From Lachnoclostridium sp. UBA1781 (GTDB lineage: Bacteria > Bacillota > Clostridia > Lachnospirales > Lachnospiraceae): 47,581 bases of DNA. How positions within the stretch are numbered: the stretch's first letter is position 1; each line of letters begins with the position of its first letter. Positions 28,849 to 38,281 of the stretch are shown one piece after another. The notes beneath the pieces were generated by a model, which saw nothing but the letters and a program-made list of their open reading frames with translations, ran no database searches and was not told where the DNA came from. The DNA lies in NCBI GenBank assembly GCA_002315495.1, contig DCGJ01000018.1, positions 1-47,581 of the forward strand, in the 5' to 3' direction. The translations under genes were made by a program, and so were the position numbers.

Positions 28849-30219
28849 CTAATTGCCTCGAAGCTCAATGATCGGAGCTCCCTTTCCTTCTATGTATTCC
28901 TTTGTAATGGTAACCTTTCCGATGGTTTGATCCTTCGGAATCTCATACATAATATCGAGCATAAACTCCTCAATGATAGAACGAAGCGCACGTGCGCCCG
29001 TATCCCGCTCCTTTGCCATCCTTGCGATAGCAAGCAATGCCTCTTCCGTAAAATCAAGCTTTACTTCGTCCATCAGAAGTAGCTTCTGATACTGCTTCAC
29101 AATGGCATTCTTCGGCTCCGTCAAAATGCGGGCCATCGCCTTTTCATCCAAGCCGCGAAGCGCAAAAACTACCGGTAAACGGCCAATAAATTCCGGAATC
29201 ATGCCGAACTCACGCAAATCCTCCACCTTGACCTTACGAAGCAGGTCAGGATCCTTATCATATTTGTCCCGAAGCTCGGAATTAAAGCCCATGGAAGCGC
29301 TTTTCGTCAATCGATCGATCAAAATTTCATCAAGTCCCGGAAATGCACCGCCGCAGATAAAGAGAATATTCTTTGTATTGACAGTCGTAAGAGGCACCAT
29401 ACCATTCTTACTCGTTGCTCCTACCGGAACTTCGACATCTGCTCCCTCGAGTAGTTTTAACAGCCCCTGCTGAACAGATTCCCCGCTAACATCTCGACTG
29501 TGAGCATTTTTCTTCTTGGCAATCTTATCAATTTCATCAATGAATACAATTCCTTTTTCTGCCTTCTCGACGTCGTTATCGGCATTTGCCAGTAATTTAC
29601 TGAGAACGCTCTCTACATCGTCACCAATGTAACCTGCCTCGGTCAGCGAGGTGGCATCTGTAATTGCAAGCGGAACATTTAACAATCGGGCAAGTGTCTG
29701 TACCAGGAAGGTTTTACCACAGCCGGTTGGTCCAATCATCAGCATGTTTGATTTCTCAATTGTAACTCCATCCTGATACTCCGGAAGTTCCTGGTTTTTC
29801 ACACGCTTGTAGTGATTATAAACAGCAACGCTGATTGCTTTCTTTGCATGCTCCTGACCAATCACATATTCATCCAGCATCGCCTTGATTTCATGAGGAG
29901 CAGGAAGCTTTTCGATATTCAATGCCCCCATATCGACAGCATCTTCCTTTGGCTTCGGGGCCTCTTTTTTCTTTAGCTTAATCTTCACCTGGTTTTGGTT
30001 CATCATTTCAGGCGGGATCATAATCTTCAGGTTTGCCATCGCATTTGGATCGGTAAAATCCACCTGCTCCGATACCATATCAAATGACTTTTGAAGGCAA
30101 TCCTGACACAGACAAAGATTCGGCGGCATCGTAATCAGTTTCCCTGCTACACTCTCCGGTCTGCGACATACCATACAAAACCGTTCGTACCCGTCATTTT
30201 TTTCCTTCGTATCTTCCAT
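28849..30219 (-). CDS. clpX: ATP-dependent Clp protease ATP-binding subunit ClpX
   Basis: 456 aa. The N-terminal Cys cluster is CMVC...CLCQDC. It has Walker A (GPTGCGKTFLVQTLARLLNVPLAITDATSLTEAGYIGDDVE), the Walker B FIDEIDK, and the IGF-loop-like region (MGFNSE). Confidence 0.9.
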   Translation of the reverse strand: MEDTKEKNDGYERFCMVCRRPESVAGKLITMPPNLCLCQDCLQKSFDMVSEQVDFTDPNAMANLKIMIPPEMMNQNQVKIKLKKKEAPKPKEDAVDMGALNIEKLPAPHEIKAMLDEYVIGQEHAKKAISVAVYNHYKRVKNQELPEYQDGVTIEKSNMLMIGPTGCGKTFLVQTLARLLNVPLAITDATSLTEAGYIGDDVESVLSKLLANADNDVEKAEKGIVFIDEIDKIAKKKNAHSRDVSGESVQQGLLKLLEGADVEVPVGATSKNGMVPLTTVNTKNILFICGGAFPGLDEILIDRLTKSASMGFNSELRDKYDKDPDLLRKVKVEDLREFGMIPEFIGRLPVVFALRGLDEKAMARILTEPKNAIVKQYQKLLLMDEVKLDFTEEALLAIARMAKERDTGARALRSIIEEFMLDIMYEIPKDQTIGKVTITKEYIEGKGAPIIELRGN

Positions 30220-30351
30220 AATGTTTCCCTTTCTTTATATACAGAAAATGCGTACGCAATCACCCCACAATAATCATGTTCGTACTTATCGTTTCGGAAA
30301 TGCGGCCGCATTTACTCTATCTGTCTTTTTTCTTTTATCATACATAGTTTC

Positions 30352-31767
30352 TTAGTATGCATTCTTACCCATCGCACCGGTAAATACCGTCATGAGCATT
30401 ATTTTGATATCCAGACGCAAGGTCCAGTTTTCAATGTAATACAAATCGTATTCGATTCGCTTTTCAATCGAAGTGTCTCCGCGAAGTCCGTTCACCTGCG
30501 CCCATCCGGTAATTCCCGGACGAACCTGATGCTTTATCATATAACGAGGAATCTCTTCTTTGAATTTCTCTACAAAATACAGACGCTCCGGACGAGGTCC
30601 CACAAGACTCATATCGCCCTTTAGGACATTAAAAAGCTGCGGTAATTCATCCAGGCTGGTCTTTCGAAGAAAATGACCAATTCTCGTCACACGCTGATTA
30701 TTGGCATTACTCCACTCATTCTGATCTTCTCCGTCACGGGCTTCTACCATGGAGCAGAATTTGTACATACGAAATGGTTTATTATGTAACCCAACACGCT
30801 CCTGGGAATAAAACACCTTGCCTCTCGTGGTAATCTTAATCAGAATCCCAATGAAAAGCATCGGAATAGCCGCAATAAGCAAGGCCATAAGACCTACAAC
30901 AATGTCAAACAGACGCTTCACCAGCGCATTGACAAAGGATGCCAGTGGTACATTACGGATATTGATAACCGGAAGTCCAAAGAAATCCTCCATAACAGGA
31001 ATCGTTGGGATAATATGATTATAATCCGGAATAAACTTGGTATGGGAACCGGATTTCTCACACTTTCCTACCACACGACGAAGCTTATAATAATCATTTA
31101 TACTAAGTGCAATGATGATTTCATCGAAATTATGCTGTTCCAGAATGGCATCAACATCATCCATATTTCCAATGACAGGAATTCCGTTATACGTAAAATC
31201 GGTCCCTTTTTCATCATCAATAATGCCATGAATATAATATCCCCACTGTGGGTTTGCTTTGACACGATCGATATATCCTCGGGCTGCGGCACTATAACCG
31301 ATAATCACTACATGCTTTAAGTTTAGTCCCCGTGAACGAAGGGCCCGAAGCAGGTAGTTTAACACATACCGGAAGCTCAAGCCGAATACAATATTCAGAA
31401 TGAAGAAGAAGGTAAAGAAGTATCGAGAGAAATCCAATTCCTTCAAATAATACAGAATGAAGGTAAAGAACAGAATTCCGCCGATATTCGCCTTGGTTAG
31501 AGCCCACACCTCAACCTGCTTGCGACGACGCAAATCATAGAGTTTACACTTGGAATAGATAAAAATATATCCCGGAATAATAAATACGAGGTATCTCGCA
31601 TACTCTCCCAAGGTGTAATACTTTTCTTTCTGAGTCAACGCAAAAACGCCCACGTCATCTAAGACCCGGAATCGTAAAACATATGCAATTATATAAGCCG
31701 CCGCAATCAGAAGGATATCTCCTACCAGACGAATAAAGCTTATGGCCTTAGAATTGTCGTTTTTCAT
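30352..31767 (-). CDS. Polyprenyl-phosphate hexose-1-phosphate transferase (bacterial sugar transferase, WcaJ/EpsL-like)
   Basis: Multiple N-terminal TM segments are followed by the C-terminal [14 protein letters not shown]...[19 protein letters not shown]...[21 protein letters not shown]. The start is set at the ATG at 31767 (MKNDNSK) instead of 31923. Confidence 0.85.
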   Translation of the reverse strand: MKNDNSKAISFIRLVGDILLIAAAYIIAYVLRFRVLDDVGVFALTQKEKYYTLGEYARYLVFIIPGYIFIYSKCKLYDLRRRKQVEVWALTKANIGGILFFTFILYYLKELDFSRYFFTFFFILNIVFGLSFRYVLNYLLRALRSRGLNLKHVVIIGYSAAARGYIDRVKANPQWGYYIHGIIDDEKGTDFTYNGIPVIGNMDDVDAILEQHNFDEIIIALSINDYYKLRRVVGKCEKSGSHTKFIPDYNHIIPTIPVMEDFFGLPVINIRNVPLASFVNALVKRLFDIVVGLMALLIAAIPMLFIGILIKITTRGKVFYSQERVGLHNKPFRMYKFCSMVEARDGEDQNEWSNANNQRVTRIGHFLRKTSLDELPQLFNVLKGDMSLVGPRPERLYFVEKFKEEIPRYMIKHQVRPGITGWAQVNGLRGDTSIEKRIEYDLYYIENWTLRLDIKIMLMTVFTGAMGKNAY

Positions 31768-31961
31768 TTTTGCCTCACTATTAATTCTGCGCAAAATGCG
31801 CAATTCCCTTGAAACGCCCCTATCATACTCGATTTTTCGTATTTTTTCAAGTCTAATAAATTCTTCACAAAAATGGTCACTTCTCTTCACAAATCCAACA
31901 CATCCCTTTGTTATATTAGGCATAAAGGGAACAATCCTAGAGATTACCCATGGAGGGAACT

Positions 31962-33245
31962 ATGAAACTACTACGAAACCTTTGTAAACTCATTGTATTT
32001 CTGACGGTCGTCGGAGTCGCATTTTGCGGAGTCCTGATTGGTACAGGAACGATAAAAAAACCTTGGTCCAAGACAGTGTCTACGGAGACGAAAGCCTCCC
32101 CGACAGCGGTCCTCAATTCGAATGAAAACAAGACGGATAACTCGAAGCCAAATGGTTCCAAGGATACCGGCAACACGGTGAACGCGGAAATCGACTATAC
32201 CGACCCTGCAAGCGTTTCTGAAATATCCGATATCAGCTTAAGTGGCGTTGTAACGGATACTCTCCCGTCCATCGTATCCGTGATTTGCACGGTTGAGACG
32301 AACAGTCTCTGGTACGGAAAATACCAGTCGACCGCTGCAGGAACCGGTATTATCATGAGCGAGGACGACGAGAACTACTATATTGCGACCAATGAACATG
32401 TGGTTTCAGGCGCTATAAAGACGATCATCTGTCTCGCCAACGAAGACCCGAACAACACGGAGAACCGCGTTGAATACGAGGTGTCCATTAAGGGAACGGA
32501 TGAAGTCGGCGACCTTGCGATTCTCACCCTTTCAAAAGCCTCCCTGAGCACATCAGACGCCTCCTATGTTAAAGTCATCTCCATTGCAGACAGCGACGAG
32601 GTTCAGGCCGGACAACCTGCAATTGCGATTGGAAATGCGCTCGGCTACGGAATGTCTGTCACAGTCGGTTATATCAGTGCGACAAACCGTGCGGTACAGT
32701 CCTCAGATGGTAACACCATGTACATGATTCAAACCGATGCGGCAATTAATCCGGGAAACAGTGGCGGCGCACTGATCAATCTAAACGGTGAATTGATTGG
32801 AATTAACGAGTCAAAATATTCTGATGACAGTGTGGAAGGTATGGGCTTTGCCATTCCAACTGCCAAGGCTCTTCCACTCCTAAAGGAATTGGAATCCATT
32901 GAAGACGTTCCGGAAGAAGAACAAGGTTACCTCGGTGTTTACATAACTGAGATTACTGCTGCTTATTCCGAATCCTTTAACATGCCACAGGGCATTTATA
33001 TCACTCAGGTAATGGAAGGCAGCGCTGCAGAAGCGGCAGGGCTTCAGGTGACAGATATTATTATCGGTGTAAACAATATGGATGTACTCACCTCGAACCA
33101 GCTTGTTGCAAGGGTGACCTCCTATCGTGCCGGAACTACGATTCAATTGAAAATCATGCGAAGAAATGAGACAACCGGTGAATATGAAGAAACCGTCATT
33201 CCGGTCACCTTAATGACAAAAGATAAAATGTCCACAGAAGAATAA
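31962..33245 (+). CDS. htrA: HtrA/DegP-family serine protease with a PDZ domain
   Basis: An N-terminal TM segment is followed by catalytic motifs ATNEHVV and TDAAINPGNSGGALINLNGELIGIN and a C-terminal PDZ domain. The start is at the ATG at 31962 (GGAGGG SD). The track start at 31950 is also possible. Confidence 0.9.
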   Translation: MKLLRNLCKLIVFLTVVGVAFCGVLIGTGTIKKPWSKTVSTETKASPTAVLNSNENKTDNSKPNGSKDTGNTVNAEIDYTDPASVSEISDISLSGVVTDTLPSIVSVICTVETNSLWYGKYQSTAAGTGIIMSEDDENYYIATNEHVVSGAIKTIICLANEDPNNTENRVEYEVSIKGTDEVGDLAILTLSKASLSTSDASYVKVISIADSDEVQAGQPAIAIGNALGYGMSVTVGYISATNRAVQSSDGNTMYMIQTDAAINPGNSGGALINLNGELIGINESKYSDDSVEGMGFAIPTAKALPLLKELESIEDVPEEEQGYLGVYITEITAAYSESFNMPQGIYITQVMEGSAAEAAGLQVTDIIIGVNNMDVLTSNQLVARVTSYRAGTTIQLKIMRRNETTGEYEETVIPVTLMTKDKMSTEE

Positions 33246-33249
33246 AATG

Positions 33250-33290
33250 AAACGGAGAGGTTTGGTCGCCTCTCCGTTTTCTTATTTCTG
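33250..33290 (+). terminator. Bidirectional intrinsic terminator between the convergent htrA and PBP1-GGDEF genes
   Basis: GAAACGGAGAGG-8 nt-CCTCTCCGTTTT is followed by CTTATTTC. On the minus strand it is followed by TTTCATTTTATT. Confidence 0.8.
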
Positions 33291-35567
33291 AATCTTTTTT
33301 CTCTTACCTTTTTTATCCGCATACATCAAAATGTCCGCTTCATTCACGACGTCGCCCGGTTCCAAAGCTTTGTCCATAAGAAATTCGAAATAGCCGATGC
33401 TGGACTCAATCCAGTACTTCTTACCATTCAGCATATTCTCTCTGGACAGATACCGGCGAATGCTGTCACGGAACAAAAGCTCTGTTTTATGCTTCATAAA
33501 TGCAAAGGCAACAAGTTCATCTCCGCCAATTCTTGCAATCACGGCATCATTTGGCAGATTGGAGCGAAGCGATTCCGCAATTTTGCAAATTGCATAGTTT
33601 CCTTCCTCATGTCCGTAGTTATCATTAATCAGCTTTAGGTTATTCAAATCACAGAAAATCATGACACACTCCTTGCCTTGATTTTCCTCTGCGTCCTTCG
33701 CTTTATTAAAAGCCTCATACAAACCACGAAGATTACTTTCTCCGGTCAGCGTATCTTCCTTCGTAATCTGATCCAAACGATTTTTTTCAATCTGAACATC
33801 ACCCAGTGTTTGCTTCAAAACATCCATCATTTCTCTCTGCTTGTTCTGCATCGTGTAGAGCTTTACAAGGAAGGAAAACTGCGGTCGAACCGAAAGATTG
33901 AAGAAATAATAATGTTCCGGATCCATTTCAGCACAAAGAATACCAAAATGCTCCTCAGCCAGAAACAAGGTTCCAACCAGTAAAGTCTTACGTTTTTCAG
34001 AAATGAACTTATTACTGAACAGGAATGCCGAGTTCACGGTTTGATTCTCCGGTTCCAGAGAAATCACACCATTTTCATTGCGTCCCAGACGCAGGCGGTG
34101 ACTGTACGGAAGACGAAACTGCTCATAATTGGAAATGCGGATATCCTCCCCATGCAGGTAAATGAAGCAATCTCCCACTCCGATTCGATCAAGGTCATCG
34201 GAAACCGATTTTGATGTATTATCCAGGAAATCAAATCCGTTCAGAAACAAGGAATTCATCAAATGATTCATACCGCGAAGATACGAACGCTGTTTCGCCT
34301 CGGACGTAAAGGACTGCTGGAAATTAAAGATAACAATCTGCTTACAATGGCTGAACATCAAACGCTGAATCTCTGCAAACCGCTTCGGATCACGACATGT
34401 TTTCTTTGTCCATGTACTGACATAATCCACGAGGCGATTCAGTTCATCAATAGAGATTGCTTTCAGAATTCCGTGTAACATCAATTGATGAAACTTCTCC
34501 TTCATGCTTTCCCGGTCAAAGAAAAACTCCTCGTTTTTTGAAGCCAGTTCCACTACCTCACGAATATAGGCAAGTGTCTCCGTCAACACCTGCTGATATC
34601 CGGAATCGTCCCAGTTTTCGGATATAAAGCGATTATAAATCAGGTCCAAAAAGTCCGCATTGGTACATACATTTTCAAACTCACGCAACTTCTCTGCATC
34701 AAAATTTCGCTCACCGCAGGAACTACGATCCAAAAACACGGTATCGACAGTCAAAAGCTCATCCTTATACCCTTCTACCATCAGCAAACCGTCACGTAAC
34801 GCCTGATATCCAAGTGCCTGGGAATCGGCATGCACCGTAGATAATGGCGGGTCACAAACCATCGCATCCTGAATATCATCAAAGCCGCAAAATGCGATAT
34901 CCTTTCCGACCTGAAGCCCCATCTCCCGTGCCACATCGTAGGCACACATAGCCATCTTATCATTGGCAAACATAATAGCATCAAGTTCCATCGCATGAGC
35001 AGTCATAAATTCACGAATAACGCCAATGCTTCGGTCAGAAAAATCTCCTTCCACAACCCAAAACGGATTATATTCCAAACCGTGTCTCTTAAGACCGTTT
35101 TTGTATACCTCCAGTCGCTCTACCGCATCATCACTGGTAAGCGGTCCCGAAACAAAGCCGATATTCCGATAATGATGATGAGAAACCAAATGGTCGAACT
35201 CCTCTTCCATACCCTTTGTATTAAACATCATTCTCGGAAAATCACCGACACGTTTTGCGATCGTAAGCACCTTCGCATGATGGAAATCCGACAAAATATC
35301 ATACATCTCATCATCATTTACAAAGGTACCAATCGTACCCGCTTCCACAATCACCAAATCAAAATCACGACAATTCGCATAACGAATCAACGTGTTATGC
35401 TGATAACAATACGGATCCGAGACATCTCCCTTTACAAACCGAACCGGGAATATTACCAAATTACTATCAAAGTCCTGCGCTGCCCGATTGGCACCAACTA
35501 TAATTTCACGCGAGAACTCGTTATCTAAGTGGCTAACTAACAGTGCCACATTGGAACGATGTGCCAT
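33282..35567 (-). CDS. Cytoplasmic LacI/PBP1-type sugar-binding domain fused to a GGDEF domain (motif GGDEL); paralog of 15550..17406
   Basis: 761 aa. The N-terminal ligand-domain signature is IMFANDKMAMCAYDVAREMGLQVGKDIAFCGFDDIQ. There is no HTH, signal peptide or TM segment. A long middle region precedes the C-terminal DTLTGESNLRGL...CDLNNLKLINDNYGHEEGN...ARIGGDELVAF (GGDEL at 33513-33527). GAGGG SD. It lies 29 nt downstream of glf. Confidence 0.85.
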   Translation of the reverse strand: MAHRSNVALLVSHLDNEFSREIIVGANRAAQDFDSNLVIFPVRFVKGDVSDPYCYQHNTLIRYANCRDFDLVIVEAGTIGTFVNDDEMYDILSDFHHAKVLTIAKRVGDFPRMMFNTKGMEEEFDHLVSHHHYRNIGFVSGPLTSDDAVERLEVYKNGLKRHGLEYNPFWVVEGDFSDRSIGVIREFMTAHAMELDAIMFANDKMAMCAYDVAREMGLQVGKDIAFCGFDDIQDAMVCDPPLSTVHADSQALGYQALRDGLLMVEGYKDELLTVDTVFLDRSSCGERNFDAEKLREFENVCTNADFLDLIYNRFISENWDDSGYQQVLTETLAYIREVVELASKNEEFFFDRESMKEKFHQLMLHGILKAISIDELNRLVDYVSTWTKKTCRDPKRFAEIQRLMFSHCKQIVIFNFQQSFTSEAKQRSYLRGMNHLMNSLFLNGFDFLDNTSKSVSDDLDRIGVGDCFIYLHGEDIRISNYEQFRLPYSHRLRLGRNENGVISLEPENQTVNSAFLFSNKFISEKRKTLLVGTLFLAEEHFGILCAEMDPEHYYFFNLSVRPQFSFLVKLYTMQNKQREMMDVLKQTLGDVQIEKNRLDQITKEDTLTGESNLRGLYEAFNKAKDAEENQGKECVMIFCDLNNLKLINDNYGHEEGNYAICKIAESLRSNLPNDAVIARIGGDELVAFAFMKHKTELLFRDSIRRYLSRENMLNGKKYWIESSIGYFEFLMDKALEPGDVVNEADILMYADKKGKRKKIQK

Positions 35568-35596
35568 ACCAAACCCTCAATTCATACATTACACAA

Positions 35597-36703
35597 TCAC
35601 TTTCGCTCAAGGTTACATCTGTCCAGACAACAAAATGCAGAGCGAATTACCTTGTCCATATCATAGTACTTATATTCACCCAAACGACCGCCAAAGATAA
35701 CCTTCTCCTCTTTCTCTGATAGTTCTTTATACTTCTGATACAGATTCATATTGACATCATTATTGATCGGATAATAAGGCTCTTTGCCTCTTGTCCATTC
35801 TGCCGGATACTCTCGTGAGATAACCGTCTTTGGTTGCGTCCCAAACGCAAAATGCTTATGCTCAATAATTCGAGTATACGGCACTTCGCGTTCCGTGTAA
35901 TTCACAACCGCATTTCCCTGATAATTCTCTTCGTCCAAAACCTCGGTTTCAAAACGAACCATACGATATTCCAATACCCCCAGGGAATACCCATAGAATT
36001 CATCGATGGCACCGGTGTAAATGACATGCTCACAAAGCGCGTCCAGTTCTTCCCGGTGTTCCAAATAATCAACTCCAAGTCGAACCTCAATCCCCTCTAA
36101 CATAGACGAAATCATATTCGTATATCCGTCCATCGGAATCCCTTGGAAGCGATCGTTAAAGTAATTGTTATCATAACGAAAACGTAACGGAAGACGCTTG
36201 ATGATAAAACTCGGAAGGTCCTTACAATCCCGTCCCCACTGCTTTTCGGTGTAGCCCTTTACAAGCTTTTCGTACACATCGCGTCCGACCATGGAAAGAG
36301 CCTGCTCCTCCAGGTTTTTCGGATTGCTTATGCACTCCTTCGCCACCTGCCTGGCAATCTCTTCCTGCGCCTCCTTTGGAGTCTTTATGCCCCAAAGTTT
36401 GGAGAAGGTATTCATATTAAACGGCAAATTGTAAAGTTCATCTTTGTAGACTGCCACCGGAGAATTGATGTACTGATTAAACTCTGTAAACCGATTCACA
36501 TAATCCCACACCTCTCGGTCTGAGGTATGGAAAATATGCGCTCCGTATCGATGTACCCAGATATCCTCCACAAGCTCCGTATGAATATTTCCGGCAATAT
36601 GATCCCTTCGATCAATCACCAGACAGGATTTGCCGTTTTTCTTTGCCTGTTCGGCAAATGTGGCTCCGAACAAACCGGCACCAACAATCAAATAATCGTA
36701 CAT
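35597..36703 (-). CDS. glf: UDP-galactopyranose mutase
   Basis: 368 aa. It has the FAD fingerprint MYDYLIVGAGLFGATFA and typical Glf blocks (VHRYGAHIFHT, YTEKQWG, YPINN, GRLGEYKYYDMD). Confidence 0.9.
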   Translation of the reverse strand: MYDYLIVGAGLFGATFAEQAKKNGKSCLVIDRRDHIAGNIHTELVEDIWVHRYGAHIFHTSDREVWDYVNRFTEFNQYINSPVAVYKDELYNLPFNMNTFSKLWGIKTPKEAQEEIARQVAKECISNPKNLEEQALSMVGRDVYEKLVKGYTEKQWGRDCKDLPSFIIKRLPLRFRYDNNYFNDRFQGIPMDGYTNMISSMLEGIEVRLGVDYLEHREELDALCEHVIYTGAIDEFYGYSLGVLEYRMVRFETEVLDEENYQGNAVVNYTEREVPYTRIIEHKHFAFGTQPKTVISREYPAEWTRGKEPYYPINNDVNMNLYQKYKELSEKEEKVIFGGRLGEYKYYDMDKVIRSAFCCLDRCNLERK

Positions 36704-36709
36704 GCAACC

Positions 36710-36976
36710 TTACTCCATTCCAAAACCATTTCTGCAAGCAGCGGAAATCGCCGCCAAACATTCTTCTTCCTGGTCGCCGTTACAAACGATAGTAATCTCC
36801 TCACCGCATTTTACCTGTGCACTTAAGATTCCCAACAGACTCTTCGCGTTGACATCATATTCACGAATACGCAGATATACATTACAAGAATATTGTAATG
36901 CGATATTACTCAACTCGCCGGCCGGCTTAATATGCAACCCCAATGCATTCTTAACGGTTTCTTTTGTCTCAACCAT
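36710..36976 (-). CDS. HPr-family phosphocarrier-like protein (paralog with His15 and Ser46 but Lys at position 17)
   Basis: With the ATG at 36976, the 88-aa product MVETKETVKNALGLHIKPAGEL...VNAKSLLGILS places His at position 15 and KS at 45-46, as in HPr/Crh. The track start at 37003 is a GTG lying inside a hairpin. Confidence 0.8.
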   Translation of the reverse strand: MVETKETVKNALGLHIKPAGELSNIALQYSCNVYLRIREYDVNAKSLLGILSAQVKCGEEITIVCNGDQEEECLAAISAACRNGFGME

Positions 36977-37036
36977 AATCTCTACCTTCTCTTTCCGAGG
37001 CACCCCCTGCCTCTAAACCCCAATCACAAGTTACTT

Positions 37037-38281
37037 TTATTCCGGATCACGAACCTCAGCCGGGCGAACTACAATACCGACTCGAATATTCGTATCCATG
37101 GAAACCTCTGAATCCGACTTTAAGAATACACTGTAAGTGCCGGCCCTTGTACAGGTTTCCATATCGACATAGAGTGCCAGATCATCTGCGGTAATATTGG
37201 AAATTTCACTCTCCAATCCATAAACACTCACGGTCACAACACCATCTGTAAAGTTGGCTACATATTCCTCATTGAGTCCCCTAATCTCAATATTGGAAGT
37301 ATTCACCACAATATCCTTCGATTTTAACAGCTCAACCTGAATAGAAACATAAACCGTCGGACTCTCTGACTTCAGATAAACGCCGCTTGGAAGATACTTG
37401 GTAATATCAACCTCGCCCTCCTCGCTCTTCATCAAATCCCTTGCCTCATAGCTAATCGTGATTTGAGAAATGCCTGCCAAAACATCAGGTTCCGCTGCAA
37501 TGGAAATGGTCTTTGGACTATATTCGATACCGGAGATTCCAAATCCCTCGGCCATATGAATCTTCGATGTATCCAATACTACCGGCACATCATTTTTCAC
37601 CGGAAGTATGGTAATCTCAACCTGAATACGGTTCTGCTGAAGTTCAACACCCTCTACTTCATTTCCTTCCTTATCAACCGGCGTTAATGTTACCGTCGAA
37701 AGATAACTTTCCGTCTTACCGGACAAGTCAATTGTGGCAACCAGATGGTCAACACGCTCCATTTGCGTTTTTGAACCGGTTACATACAACAGTTTCGAAC
37801 TGGCAGAACTACAGAAGGCATAGTATCCATCATCGACATTTGAGGTCTTTACCTCGACCGCAAAACTTTCGGTTTCGGTTTCTACGATGGATATACCCAT
37901 ATTACTGGAGGACTGCGATACAATCTCTACCAAAGACGACTTTGACGCGTCCTTCACCTCCACGTGAATCTGAACTGCGTTAAATCCAATTTCATTAAAA
38001 TCCACATAGGCAATAAAGTCAGAGGCACTGACCGTTTCAAGTACGGAGCGAGCGCCCTTTACTTTAATATCAATCTTATCCGAGGTGGTAATATCATAGG
38101 TCATATTCTCCCTCAGAACGGAATCCTCATTTCTACGCTCGATGGTAATATTCTCAATGGTAATCGTAATCTTAGGGTCCGATAAGCTCATGATAATGAT
38201 CCAGATAACGCCGGCAATCAGAATCGAAAGAGCCTTTAACCCCAGGTTATGAGTAAACCAACTCTTAAGCTTTTCTTTCAT
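37037..38281 (-). CDS. cdaR: CdaR (YbbR-domain regulator of diadenylate cyclase)
   Basis: 414 aa. An N-terminal TM segment is followed by four reiterated YbbR-like beta-rich modules (...VKGARSVLETVSASDFIAYVDFNEIG...). The start overlaps the cdaA stop by 17 nt, the canonical cdaA-cdaR arrangement. Confidence 0.8.
   Translation of the reverse strand: MKEKLKSWFTHNLGLKALSILIAGVIWIIIMSLSDPKITITIENITIERRNEDSVLRENMTYDITTSDKIDIKVKGARSVLETVSASDFIAYVDFNEIGFNAVQIHVEVKDASKSSLVEIVSQSSSNMGISIVETETESFAVEVKTSNVDDGYYAFCSSASSKLLYVTGSKTQMERVDHLVATIDLSGKTESYLSTVTLTPVDKEGNEVEGVELQQNRIQVEITILPVKNDVPVVLDTSKIHMAEGFGISGIEYSPKTISIAAEPDVLAGISQITISYEARDLMKSEEGEVDITKYLPSGVYLKSESPTVYVSIQVELLKSKDIVVNTSNIEIRGLNEEYVANFTDGVVTVSVYGLESEISNITADDLALYVDMETCTRAGTYSVFLKSDSEVSMDTNIRVGIVVRPAEVRDPE

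Noticed and set aside
30298-30313. Perfect 16-nt palindrome AAATGCGGCCGCATTT between the sugar transferase gene and clpX. Similar GCATTTT-containing hairpins occur at other gene ends.
   Set aside because: It is most simply a weak terminator or stem. The recurring AAAATGC/GCATTTT arms are ordinary A/T-flanked terminator stems, not a dispersed repeat family. The flanks are not conserved between copies.
31768-31923. N-terminal extensions in the ORF track for several genes. These are 31768..31923, 6529..6630, 22889..22945, 45505..45576, 46953..46997, 4983..5036, 36977..37003, 39129..39146 and 28848..28868.
   Set aside because: The extensions begin at GTG/TTG or SD-less ATG codons and add non-homologous residues. 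Internal ATGs with strong SDs reproduce the canonical N-termini (for example HPr His15, XylB MYYIGVDLGTS).
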